A stretch of DNA of 64,000 nt from Ramazzottius varieornatus. Lineage: Eukaryota; Animalia; Tardigrada. A program made the position numbers and the translations under genes. The stretch lies in NCBI GenBank assembly GCA_001949185.1, contig BDGG01000002.1, positions 6,314,448 to 6,378,447 on the forward strand. Direction: 5' to 3'. This document shows, piece by piece, positions 1 through 12,583 of the stretch. Numbering within the stretch: position 1 is the first letter of the stretch; each line of letters opens with the position of its first letter. The notes under the pieces were generated by a model that had not been told where the DNA came from, ran no database searches, and was given only the letters and a program-made list of their open reading frames with translations.

Positions 1-3000
1 AATGTCCTGTTGAAGAAGTTGCTGGAACAGGGGAACACACCGGTGTCTGCAGCAGCGCCTGCGACCGGTGTTCCTGGCTTTCCGTTGACGAGCGCGCATG
101 GTTCACAGTTAGAAAGGCAAAGGTCCACGTCGAACCTGCTGGTGAAGCTGGAAGAGGAGGATGATGACAATGTCTCGATGTCGACATTGACACCGGCTCA
201 ACGTCAGCAGTTAGAGCTGATTGACAAGATGCCTCTGGAAGTCCAAACGGAAGGCAGCTCAAGTCCAGGTAAGATCCCAATTTAAAACATACTGCTACTT
301 AGAACACGTTAAAAAGTATCAGAAAAACAGCCAAGAAAATGTTCACAAAATTACAGTGCGTATATTTTTTGCAGCTACGAGCTCCACCATGCATCTGAAT
401 TCGTCATTCACCGCGCCGTCTGAAGCCAGTATGGACCTGGAGAGTGGCAAGAAGAAAAAGAAGACCACCAAGAAGAAGAAAAAGACGGATGAGAACGGAC
501 AGCCCGAAAGTGGCTCCAGCGAGAATGGTCCGCCAGCTGAAAGTGTGGTGGCTGCGCTGGTGGATCGACTGCGAGCCATTCCGTATGATATGGCTGAACC
601 TCAGAAGCGAGCTCTTCCTCAAAAGAGTGTGGTTGTCAAGTCCGAAATCGAACCTTTAGCTGCGGTCGGACCTCGTCAGCTGGAGGACCTGAAGAAACCT
701 CAGCGCCGATCATTACAGGTAAGCTAATCATTTGCTCGGCAATGCACACTCGACAAGATGGAGTTTCCGAGTAGCGCACGGTATCAGTTGGTATCAGTGG
801 TAAAGTGCACCATCTTGGGAAAGCAGTCTTGTCGAGTGTGATTGGGGAGCCCTCAATCACTTGCTCGCTTAATTTTCGTCATTTGATGTATTTTCGAATA
901 TCTTACAGGGTTCTTTTGGGGCTTATGAAGTGAGCAAGCAGGGCCCTAAGAGTCGTTTCTACGTTCCCGTGCCCACAACAGACCAAGACGTACAGTACGT
1001 CACTGACGAGACCTCGTCCTTCTGGATCTTCCAAGACTGTATGAAGAAGAACATGCCGACCCTGGCCAACAACGTTGATCCGGTCGTTAAAGTCGAACGC
1101 TTGGACTTTAGGAGTCCATCGAGTCCAGCATTGTCCTTTGCGTCGACTTCATCGTACGGCGAAAGTCTACTGTTGGAGCCTTGCTACGACCACATGTACG
1201 CGTGGCTGGACGCTGTTTCTTCCGTCGACGAGAACTTCTTCTGTGAAATGCGAGTAGATGATCCAGTGTTACCACCACAAGCTGTTGTCTTCGATACCCT
1301 CCAGAAGCCAGGTACACCAGCCAGCCAGAAAGAGAACTTTTTGGAGGACGAGATTCTTGAGGCAAAGCCCGAACCGGTGGTCGTCCCACACAAACCATCA
1401 AAGCTACTGCAGTAAGCAACTTCATCGTAACTAACGATCAAGTGCGATAAGTCCGTCGTAACGCTGACAAGAACATTCATTGCTTGTAGGGATTCGGACA
1501 GGGTCAACGTGACGCTGACGATTACGGAAGAAGCTGCCAGGGACCTCCAGGGCTTCATGGAGAAGCTGGCTAACTTGCTGCAGGTTCCAGTGAGTGATAT
1601 CATCATGACTGGCTGTGAACCCGAGCCGGATTCCGAGTCTGAGATGGCGGTGGTGCCGTCCTTCATCAGCGACGAGAAGCCCAAGTTCTGCTGCACTTGC
1701 GATCTAGCCATGCCCAGCTCAGGTAAGAAGGTTTGTCCGACTTGCGGCACTCGTTATTATATTTCAGCCTTATTTTTGTAGCGGTCATTCGGAAGAAATT
1801 GTCAGACTTTTCCTTCGCGGCGCCGTTGGACAATGGGCTGCCGTATGACACGGAAGATGGCGAGCCATACGTGTCGTTCTGTGGACAGCAATGTCTGATG
1901 CAGTTCGCTCTGAACTCGACCAACGGTTCAAAGGCCTCACCACCGGCAACTGTTTCCGTGGACCATGGTATCAATGGCAGTAATGGCTCCGTCAAGGGTG
2001 AGTCGAGACGGGAACGAAGAGAGTCGGCTCATAAGCGGAGCTCGTCCGTTCAGAATATACTCAGGTCTATCCAGCCACTGCTGAGGAAGGGCAAGAAGAC
2101 TAGACATGACTTGTGGTCCGGTGACATATCCCAGGTAATCCTCCTTGGTCAATGATAAGTCTTTGACATTGTATGTCTTGTTTTGGGATTGGCGGTTGAC
2201 ATTGCTTGGTTTGAGGTTTCGAGAATTGGACGGCCCGCCAACGGAGCGCACAGGATTGTCATCCCAAGTGGCGCACGCTACCAGCAAGTGAAAGTGGAAA
2301 CGTCCGCCACTATAAATTACGATTTTGTGCGCTTCACCTGCCGGCCTCTCAGTTTCACTGAGAAAAAAGAACAAATATTACAAGACGATTTTTTTATTTC
2401 GTAGTGGAAGTCGATATCGCCGGTAACGGAACGTTTAACACCTGAGCAGATCCTCCAGCAACTCGACGTGGGTATCCGGCGTCTAGATGGTGTAGGTGAC
2501 TTTCGGGCGTGTGTCTTGTGTAACCTGATAGGTGACTCTTTGACGAGCACGGGCACCGGTCGATTACTGAACATTGACGGTGACCACTGGGTGCATCTGA
2601 ACTGCGCATTGTGGTCCTCGGACGTCTACGAGACCATCAATGGCCACCTCTTCAACGTCCAGAAGGCTTGTGAACATGGTCGAGAAACCATCTGTGTACG
2701 CTGTAAGAAGCCCGGCGCTACCCTGATGTGCTACAAGCCACCCAGAATCCGATGTGCCCAAGTCTTCCACTTCCCCTGTGCCAAGCAGCAAGTGGCGTCC
2801 GACTGCATGTTCTTCAAGGACAAAACGCTCCTGTGTGATGGACATAAACCGAAGGATCATCCGGAGGACGAACTGCAAAACTTCACCGTGCAGAGAAGAG
2901 TTTGTGTCAACCGAGACGAATTTCGCCTAGCTTCGAAGTAAGCGTCCGTCTTCCCATTGACATACCAAGACAACTTCCGATTAGCTACCATAACTTCTTT

Positions 3001-4866
3001 GTTTCGTCCTTCAGAATTGCTCTTTGTCCGGATGGATTACACACGTTCAGAGTGGGAACGCTGATCTTCCATTCCATCGGACAGATCTTAGTGCAGCATA
3101 TTCACAATTTCCACCATCAAAACTGCGTGTATCCTGTAAGTTTTCGATTCTGGCTTTGCGTAACTGCCTACTTTTGAAATGTTCATTGGTCCCATGGTGG
3201 TTTACAGGTTGGGTATTCGGCCACTCGAATCTTTTGGTCCATGAGGGCTTTCCAGCGTCGTTGCTACTACATCTGCAGCATACACGAAGTCGATGGCTTT
3301 CCAGAGTTCAAAATCGTGGTGAGGGAATCGGGCTTTGATAACGTCGTACTATCAGATGTTACAACCAAAGGTGAGTCCAACAGCTCCCATAAGTAAAGGG
3401 AAGAAGATTTCTTACAGTATGAGTTGGTGACATTGGATGGCGCAGGTGTGTGGATGAAAGTTCTGACGGCGGTCCTGGGTCTACGAACCAACGCTATGAT
3501 CAAGGTTTTCCCAGACTTCTTCACCGGTGACGAGCTGTTTGGTTTGACGGAGGGTAACATCGCCCGTGCCATCGAGATGTTGCCCGGTATGTCCGAAGCG
3601 TCACTGTACCGACCGAAGTTCGAAAAGGAGAAAGCCGCCGATCTGTCCCCGTTGGCGGTACCTGCAAACGGCAGTGGTTCCGCCAAGACTGAACCCAAGC
3701 TCAAACTGCTACCAAAAAGGTGAGGATCGAAATTTAATTTATTTCTTGAAAATTTCGCTTATAAAAACTAGAGTCGATAAAAAATTGAATCTAAAGCTGA
3801 AAATGGAGCTGGGCAAACAAAGTCCACAAGATCGCTTCTTCAAGTTGGCGCATGCTTTCACTGTTATTTGCTGGAAGCGTGCGCCGCTCGTAGTGATCCT
3901 GTCGGGTTTGTATGTTCAAGTTGCATATGTTGAACATATAATTTTTGAAATTAGTCATTTTGTGGGGATTAACAAAGAGCTGCTCGATTCATAGAAAAGT
4001 CACTGAAGTCAACAAAAACATCGGCCAGTCCATTTCAGAAGTGAGGGCCGCCACGCCGTTGTCCATCGTCATACCGTCGCCGCTGTGACTACTTCCCTCA
4101 CCACATCCTCTTCGGGCTCTCAACTGAGCGCTACTTTCTGTGATACTAATGGCCTGTCCTATCAGAATAAAGTTACTCACTCTAAGATCAACCAGTTTCG
4201 TCGAATGAAACTGGACTGGAAAAGAAATGTCTACCTAGCCCGGTCCCGCATCCAAGGCCTGGGCTTGTTCGCTTCGCGTGAACTGGACAAAAGTACCATG
4301 ATCGTAGAATATGTCGGCGAACTCATACGAAATGAAGTGGCGAATAACCGAGAGAAAAATTACGAAAAAATGGTAAACGAAACCTTTCTTTTCCCCTATT
4401 CATACTATGTTAGTTTCCCACTTTTTATCACACTGAAATTTTCTTGCAGAATCGCGATGGTATCTACATGTTTCGTGTCGACAAAGATACTGTAGTGGAT
4501 GCCAGTCGAAGTGGCGGATCAGCACGCTTCATCAACCATTCCTGTGATCCCAACTGTATCACAGAAGTTGTACAGACTGACAAAGACAACAAGAAGATTG
4601 TCATTACATCTCTGCGAAAAATATTGAAGGGCGAAGAAGTAAGTTGGGTACTCTAGAGTACTCTGTGTGAGAAATCACTGAAATTAAAATGGATAATTTG
4701 ACATGAAGAAAGGTCGAATTTTGCGGGTTTTTTTCTTTACCGGTCTCTAACGGGTATCTTATCTCTTTTGTAGTTATGTTACGACTACAAGTTTGACTTT
4801 GAGGATGACTTGCATAAGATTCCCTGTAACTGTGGTGCTCGCAACTGCCGACTGTGGATGAATTGA
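1..4866 (+). CDS. trr: Histone H3K4 methyltransferase KMT2C/D (MLL3/4, trithorax-related) - 3' part; 5' end is outside the window
   Basis: Phase-consistent GT-AG exons <1-268, 375-718, 909-1411, 1490-1722, 1782-2134, 2405-2937, 3015-3135, 3208-3370, 3446-3719, 4039-4372, 4450-4638, 4774-4866. They encode an extended PHD (RACVLC...[15 protein letters not shown]), FYRN ([14 protein letters not shown]...[13 protein letters not shown]), FYRC, a Win-like motif, SET ([15 protein letters not shown]...[11 protein letters not shown]...[14 protein letters not shown]) and post-[19 protein letters not shown], the KMT2C/D/trr-type C-terminus. Confidence 0.95.
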
Positions 4867-7453
4867 CGTGTAGCTGACCGAATGGCCTCGCCTTATCCGA
4901 CGAGAAGAAGAAGGTTATGTTTCATAATATCGCGTTCCAAGATGATAGTCTTCCGAAGTTCGGCGCGTTTCTAGGAGGGTCGGTCGGAAGCCTTTTTGTG
5001 TTCTGTTGGTGTATATTTATTGTGTTTCTTATAGACTGTTAGCTTTTACCGGTGTTGGAAGTAGCTAAAAACATTTCTGTTGTTGCGCACGTGCTTAATG
5101 GCTAGATTTACACATTCATAATCGCTCTCCCCTTTTTTGTTTTTATCCCGTCTCGTTTTTGTCCTAGCTCCGCAGCTCCGGACTTGTGGTTACTGTCAGG
5201 AGTCTGCCAACCTTTTTTAAACGTTTACTGTGTGTATCTCAGGTAGAGAGAGCAACGTACGTTATAGTTTATTGGACATGACACTTGATTTTGTTGTATA
5301 TTCACACTGATGTATAACCATGTTTTATAATACGATATAAACTATATTTGCTTTCACAGCTCAATGTACCAAATTCGTATTGTTCCACGCTGCCAGTTTT
5401 TAGCAGAAAAACTTCTTGAAAAGGCTACTGGAATGCAGGTTTTCCATGTAGTTTGCTGCACCATGCAGAAAACTCAAGTGCAACATTTCGCCTACGAAAT
5501 AACATCTTGAGGTATTCAGCGTTCCCTTGTTCGATAGCTTGAGAGGAATCCATGTTTAATCCTGAGCGGCTGAGCTTAGGCTAAACGTCGAGGGGTGGGG
5601 CCTAAGGGCTGAATGGTACCTTTTTCGCTTCCTTTTTCGTGTGCATCTCGCTTCTATGGGGAATCTGAGGCCAACGCCAGCAAGACTTTTGCTCAGGGTG
5701 TAAGTCTACGTGTTTCTATCCGATTTGATCCTGTGCCACGTTTACACTTTAAAGATTCCTTCTCGAGTCGTGTGTCTTATCAAATTTACGTCACAGCCCT
5801 ACAGTTTTTGCTGAATTCGTTCAGCAGTTATGGATCAAGCAGCTGGGCTAGGCGTGCCAAGTCTGCTTTCTGCATACTGGTCCACCGCCAAGACTTGGAG
5901 GTTCTCCATGGCCTAGGGCGAAGAGCCGGCTCTGCGCGCTCTCGGTACTTCCTCACTGACTGTGCAACTCATGTGCGTCGCCACGACGTGGAAGGCTTGA
6001 GCTCCCTGAGGACGCTCGCACGCATTCTGTGCATGTGCCGCGTGCGTGATTTTGAACTTGCACGTCAGCAACCAAGTCCCAGGATATCCTGTTGTTAGTG
6101 CTGTGAGAACAGGTATAGCTGGACGCTGTTCTATTTTCTAATATTTTGTTCTATTCTCTAATAGAAGTCAAGAAGCTCTAAATATACAAATATAGTATCC
6201 AAGAACTACTAAATCTAGCTCGATGTGAACCCGATATCACATCTGCCGGAAAACAAAACGTGAAAGCACCTTTGCAGGCCAGGAAAAAAATGGGCGGAGT
6301 TGATCGCTTTGAATTACAATTAATTTGGGGGCAGGTAAATAATTTTCGGATGGTTGTTATCTTAACCGGCGCACTTTTCATTGTCATGGCCTGAAAACGA
6401 GCGCCAATGGAGACAAAAATAGTCCTCCTCACGACGAGCTGTTTAAGTCGCTAGCGGCTGATTTAAAATTTAAATTTCCTTGATCACCTGAAAGTGGTCG
6501 TGAATGATACAAAATTCAGTTTTCGCAAACTTTGGATTACGAAGCCTTCGCTCTACTCTAAATTTCGTGAAATGTATCTTTTCTATTCTGGTTCCCATTG
6601 CTGTACACTTTCGATTTGTACCCTATTTCGACCTCGTAATTGTTTGCCGGCCTCCCAATGATGGAAATACGCGAACAATAAAAAAAAATGTGAATAGTTC
6701 CAGCCGTGCTTGTATCACTTCAGAAGAGTCCCAAATGATTGATACTGTGTTAATTTTCCGGGTGAAATATCTGTCTAATTGTTATTATACTATAATTTCG
6801 AACTGTGTGCGTGGAGTGACCTCGCCGTATTTTGGATTCCGAGAAGTTGCGAAAGGAACAGAGCACAGACAAATGACACAAGTCTACTTAATAAAAGCTA
6901 GGAAGTTATGAAAAGACAGGTGTGGTACCGTAAGGTTAACGTGGTGTTATTACTTCGCTATAGCAGGTTTGCTGTTTCCGCGCGGAATGTTTTGCACCGA
7001 TCATAAGCTGCTTAGCAAGCTCCTCACCGAGTTGTGATTGGCGAAACGGCGAAAAGAGTCTCCGCCAGACGATTTGACGTCAGTCTCACCTAGTGCTTAT
7101 TGGTTTGATCGATTTTCCGTGCAGATACTGTACCAAGCGCTGCCACCAGAAACCTTACTGCACTGTACATACTTTCGATGTACACTCGTGCGTTCTTTCA
7201 CGATAGTCGCTTGTTCTGCGCGGAAACCTTTTCAACAAGCAACATAGAGTCAGCAAGGCAGAAAATTCATTCTTTTTCTCAATTACGCATGAGCTGAGCT
7301 TGTGTTGACTAGCACGAAAATTGTATCGCTCGTTCCGAATTAGATACTTCACGACTTAGTCTTCTCACATGCGAACACCTGCACAGCTAGACCAGTATGG
7401 CTTTCCCTGCTGCGCTGTGAAACTTCCTCTTTTGCAGGTTCCGTCACGTAAAG

Positions 7454-10400
7454 ATGGACCTCCAAAACGATCGCATGGTTTGTCTCGATTCTTTAGAGAT
7501 GGGAGGACTGAAGGACCACCGTCCAACCATTTCACCATCGGGTCCCGGCAGCGTGTCCGGTGGCGCCACCGCAGAGTCCACTCGGCGTTCCCAGTTACAT
7601 TCCCAGTCCAGCGGAGCCGACGACGACACCAACCCGCTCTTCATTTCTGCCGTCCGAATTTTTCTAGACTTTGTCCGCGAAAAGCACAGTATTGCCAACC
7701 CGGAAAAGACCTGCGGTTTGGAAGATCTGATTCTGTACCTAGCCGAATTTCAAGAAGAGGCTAAAACCAAGAAAGGCGAGCGGTATTCTCCGTCCACTAT
7801 CCGCGTCATTCGCTACTCCCTCAACCGTGTGATCGCTCTGGGAAAAAACCAGCAAGAAATGCGACCCTATCCTACGCAAAGCAATGGCTGTCGACGCAAG
7901 CGGAAGTTCGAAGAGAACCTGAACGACCATGTGGACCTATCGAATTTATCCGATGACCATTCGCTGGACCGGTCCTTCGGCGAGTCCCTGGCCTTGCACC
8001 AGCTACCGTCCAACAGCAGCAGTATCAAGCTGCCGGAACGTGACTACAGAGGTTTTACCGATCATTCAAGCCGCTTTCCACGGCTCAACCGGGCGGGCAC
8101 TGCCACTATGACGTGAGTATAACCGGAATAGACGCCAATAGAAAGCTGGCCGAACCGTTCAGCCGATACTCATCGTGCGGCACATATCGACCTGTATTGC
8201 AGATATGTTGCAACCACGTACAACGAGCGTTCAGACAGTCCTGATATCTGCACGCCGTCCATGTAAAATATAGTGTAACATGAAGAAATGTAGACGTGTA
8301 ACTTATCTCTCGCTTGGTATCAGCAAACATCGTACGTGTAAGTCCTGGTTTTTCCACCAATGAAAAGTCGTTCAGCATAGCGCTAGCCAGAGTGAGTCCA
8401 ATATAGTGATTAAGGTTCTATCAATCAACTGCTAAATTATCGAACACAGCTACAAGGCTGTGCCGTACCTGAGATATCCAAAATTTTGATTGCTTGATAC
8501 GGTCCGATGAGGCATCGCATCAGACTTCAGCTGTTTCCTGTGATTCTCCTACCATCATCCGGTTATCTTCCCTGTTTCTTCGTTATTCCTCTCGTTGGGT
8601 TGGATAACGGTGAGCCGCTGACCATCTACATAGTCGTCGTTAGGTTGGTAGCGGATCGTTGGACTGACCAGACCACTTCTGTTTCAGGTTGGCTGTCGAT
8701 GCCACACGATCTTCGCTGCTTTCGTCTACTGTCAGCTGCTGTTCTCCTTCGCGACTTCATCTGCATGAGGGTTCTGGGTTTTCACCACAGGCGCGACACA
8801 AACTTACTTTCCTTTTCACAGAAAGGCTCCTCTGGGCGTGTCGGTTGCTGCGCACTGGTGTCTGTGAGGTGTATGTATGTGGTTGTTGCGCCGATACTAA
8901 AAGGCCTGGGCTCTCATCTACCGCGATACAACTCAGGGAACGGACGCCGGAGCCATGCATTATCTCTTTTCAGACATTTTTAAAAAATTTAAAATTAAGC
9001 TGATCGATGTGTTTTTATCGTTAGGTAAAAGCGAGAATGGAGGTCGTTTCTCCTGGAACACTGTCTGTGTTATGCAACCTATTTTTTGTAGATTGTGACC
9101 GTCATCCAATCCGATGGGCGTGTCGATGGTTCCGGTCTCTCGTCCAATTAGCGTTCAGACCGTTGTTCGACGTTTTCGTTATTATTTTTGTATTAACTTT
9201 GACCACTATTATGAACCCACTCTGACGCTAACTCAGCAAAAGGATGGCTTATCTGCCATATTCAATAATAGTATATTCTGCTGAAACCTGGCAACCGGGT
9301 AAGGCAAGTCTTATGATGTGTATGTGCGCTGCATCGGTCTCGATAGTCGATAGACTCGATACAACGGAACAGGGCAACCGACAGCAAAGCACGCGGCGAG
9401 CTTGTCTGTCACAATACTCATTAAAACAGCACCTTGGGCGATATATTCTGTTCTTCCGTCATGTTTACTAACCTTTTACGCCCCAACTCGAAACTGCAGT
9501 ATAATTTTCGAGAGCTAATCAAATATTCCACAAGACCGATCGCGAACAACCAGAACAATCAATAAACCAATTACAAATTTACAATGAATGAACTTCTCCT
9601 CGTAGACTCGACGAAGGAGCTGATTTAGTGACGAGTCATTCTCTTTCAGAAAGGACAACTTCGAGCCTTTTCCGGAAACAACCCAGTCGGTCCTACAGGG
9701 CGTCAAAACATTTCGCAACTGGCTGAATAACCAAGGATTCAGTCCAGTCTTCGAGATCTGCAGCCCGCAGCAGCTCAACGATCAGCTAGTCAGCTTTTAC
9801 CGGTTCGCCAGAAACGATATGCGAAGCGAATGCACGCGCAGCTCCCTCCAAAGTTTCCGGTTCTCCATCTCTCACTATCTAAAGAAACAAGGTAACATTT
9901 ATCGCTAAAGCCAAGCAGCCATGATATACTAAACGTGATTTAGACCACAGCCGGCATCGATATCCAGAAAGACCCAGACTTCGAAACATCCCGCGAAGCT
10001 TACCGTTTGGCTTTGGAGAACCTCACTACGTACACTGGCCTGGAAATCAAGCGTCAGACGTTTGAGTCAACGTTCTCGCAGAACTTCTCGGGAACAGAAT
10101 GGTTAGGTATTCCCGTTGATTGCATCAAGACTATCTACCGCAGTGGGACGTTGTCCACCGACAGCGCCCTCTCGCTACAGCGCAAAGTATGGTTCGAGCT
10201 CACCATCTTTTTCCGCGGCATTCCCTGTTGTCCCGACCAGGCGTTCTGGACCAAGAACACCTTCAAGGTCTTCTCGGATGGCCAAGGGATAAAGTACGTC
10301 GAGCTGAACCCAGATATGTACAGTCGTTATGGACATGTCATCACCCGGGTCTCCCAGGAAGGTATATAGTAGCCTGTCGTGTTTTACCGTGCTTGCTGTG

Positions 10401-12339
10401 ACACATTGCTTTTATTATTTTTTCAGCGGGAAGGATAATGGTTCAAAGAACAGGTTCGCCATTCTGTCCAGTGGCTTCTTTTGAGATGTACCTGGCAGCT
10501 CTGAGTCCCACCTGTGAAAGTCTGTTCCCATCCGTCCTTGGGGCCGATAAAATCATCTCAGAGTCGGATCGTATGTTTACGCTGTACTCGGACAAGCCCG
10601 TTGGACCAGCCGTTTTGTCGCGAATGATGGAGACTGTTGCCAGCGGCGCGAAATTGTTGTACCGCTTTAGCTGCTTGAGCGTGGCCGAGGTAACACCTCC
10701 TGCTTGGCGCTACGAGCACGTTTCACACAGTAACGTTTGATACCACTTTAGACCGACCATGTGGCATGGATGCGTGCCCTAACCGCCCTGGAAATTGAGC
10801 ATCGGTGTCAAGCGATGGTGGCGCCGCCGGAAAACCTCTGCCGGCTCAAGAGCAGCTCAGAATGTCCTAACCATCGGGAATGTAACAGAAAATCAGTGAT
10901 CCACACTATGGATCGTGAAGAGTGCGATTCCGAAGCTTGTTCAGCTCGAACTTATTCACAACAGAGACCGCGAATCTCGGAGCACTCCGAACCCTCACTT
11001 CCGTTCCTGCCTTCTGGCTCAATGCAGTACGATACCACGAATGGGAACAGATTTAGCTGGAAAAAGAAGCTGAAAATGGCTCTCAAGGACAATCTGCACA
11101 GCTCACAGAGCGATTTATCGGATGGATCTTCGGGAGCTGAAAGTCCGGTGCGACGCAGTCGACCGCACGACTTCGATCACGTATTCTTCGAAAACGATAC
11201 AATTACAAACGGTTCACCGGTGCCAATTCAATTAGCCCCAGTAAAGCTATCTCTCAAAGTACCTTCTTCGAGCTCAGGAACCTGCCCCGATAAAACGGCA
11301 AGCTGTGAATTTAAGGATAACCAACGTGACGCGACGTCGTCGAGCTGGACTGGGTCCACGAAATCGGAAATAGACGAAGTTATCAAACAAGAACTGAATT
11401 CAAATTCTGTCACCTATCGTATCGAACATCCCCGTCGACGAGCCGAATCGACAGATACGAGTACTCAAGCGACGCCAGAAGCTCCTCGCCCAGCTGTCAA
11501 GAGAATCTTAGACTTGTACCGCAAAGCCAGTCCCAGTTTGGAAATGGAACACCTGGAGATACAGAACGGAAAATTTAATGAGATACCAAAGCATCCCGGA
11601 GAAGCCAGAATCTCAGACCGACAGGAAGGAACCTCACAGCCAATTATAGTAGTCCGTCCACAAATCACTATCATTAGCCGAGGAAGCGGTCCGATCGATG
11701 GGGCTCTATTGAAGCAGAGGATCTTCGAATCCATTGCCCATTCTTTGGAGAACTTGGAATGGCATGCGGAGATCAATGATGCAGTCGAAAGACTGAAAGG
11801 TGCCCACAGCGACCGTTTGATGCAAAACGCTATTGTAATTCGCGCAAATGGAATCGTATAGTACAATTTGTTCCTCCTGTTTGCAGAGAACTCGCTGGGA
11901 ACTTCATCGCAGCATTCTTCGTCGGTAGATTTGTCGTCTAGCCCCATGTCACAGTCTGCGTCCTTCGACAAAGAACGCGATCACAAAACGAAGGCACCAG
12001 GTAATACGAAGCATCCTTTCTCGATGACAGATACGTGTGTCAACGTACATGTAATGCAAACGATGATGTCTTCTTCATTTTGCAGAGCTTTCTGGCAGTG
12101 TTTTGGATTCTCAAGTTCGTTTCATGCTGGGAAGCTCCAGCGAAGAAGCACACCACTCGGGCTGTGCTCGGCACCACAGCGATTATGAATATTCGGATGT
12201 CCAACTGGAAGAACCCCCCAAATTGCACATCGATGAAAGCGATGAAAAGAAGGACATGATGTTCGATCACGAAGAAGGGGACCACCATCATGGTTCGCAT
12301 CGACGAAAAGCATTCTTACCAACCCGACACTTCGAATGA
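7454..12339 (+). CDS. Crypton/tyrosine-recombinase-derived (DUF3504; KCTD1 long isoform/ZMYM/QRICH1-like) protein, catalytically inactive, with two core-binding domains
   Basis: Phase-consistent exons 7454-8112, 9650-9891, 9951-10361, 10427-10689, 10752-11799, 11887-12000, 12086-12339. Motifs AVRIFLDF...EEAKTKKGERYSPSTIRVIRYSLNR; GVKTFRNWL...LVSFYRFAR...SSLQSFRFSISHYL; IDIQKDPDF; LQRKVWFELTIFF; FCPVASFEMYLAAL; YSDKPVGPAVLSRMM all match the Crypton-derived domain of KCTD1/ZMYM as remembered. Confidence 0.85.
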
Positions 12340-12583
12340 AAGATTCGTAAGTCACGATAAATTATTTTTTGTTCACACTATCAAACCGAAGGACCAGATC
12401 CCACGTGAAGATATCATCGTTTAGGTTACAACAGCAGTGGACAACACGAGGATCGTGTACACAAAGAGAGCAACCAGAGATCTGTTATGATAATGTTCTA
12501 TGAGTCAGATGAAGTCATGTTATACGTATTAGCAGGTAGAAAGAAGGAAAAATGGCGGTCTCTTAAGAGTTAGGACTGGCCCA

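Noticed and set aside
4648-4661. 14-bp palindrome gtactctagagtac in the last trr intron
   Set aside because: Short and isolated, with no supporting structure.
5613-6098. 161-aa + strand ORF
   Set aside because: No recognisable domain or coding-like composition; more likely promoter or 5'UTR exon sequence of the downstream gene.
8507-9003. Overlapping ORFs inside intron 1 of the Crypton-derived gene
   Set aside because: No homology signal, and 8112 splices in phase directly to 9650. An alternative exon starting at 8688 cannot be excluded but is unsupported.
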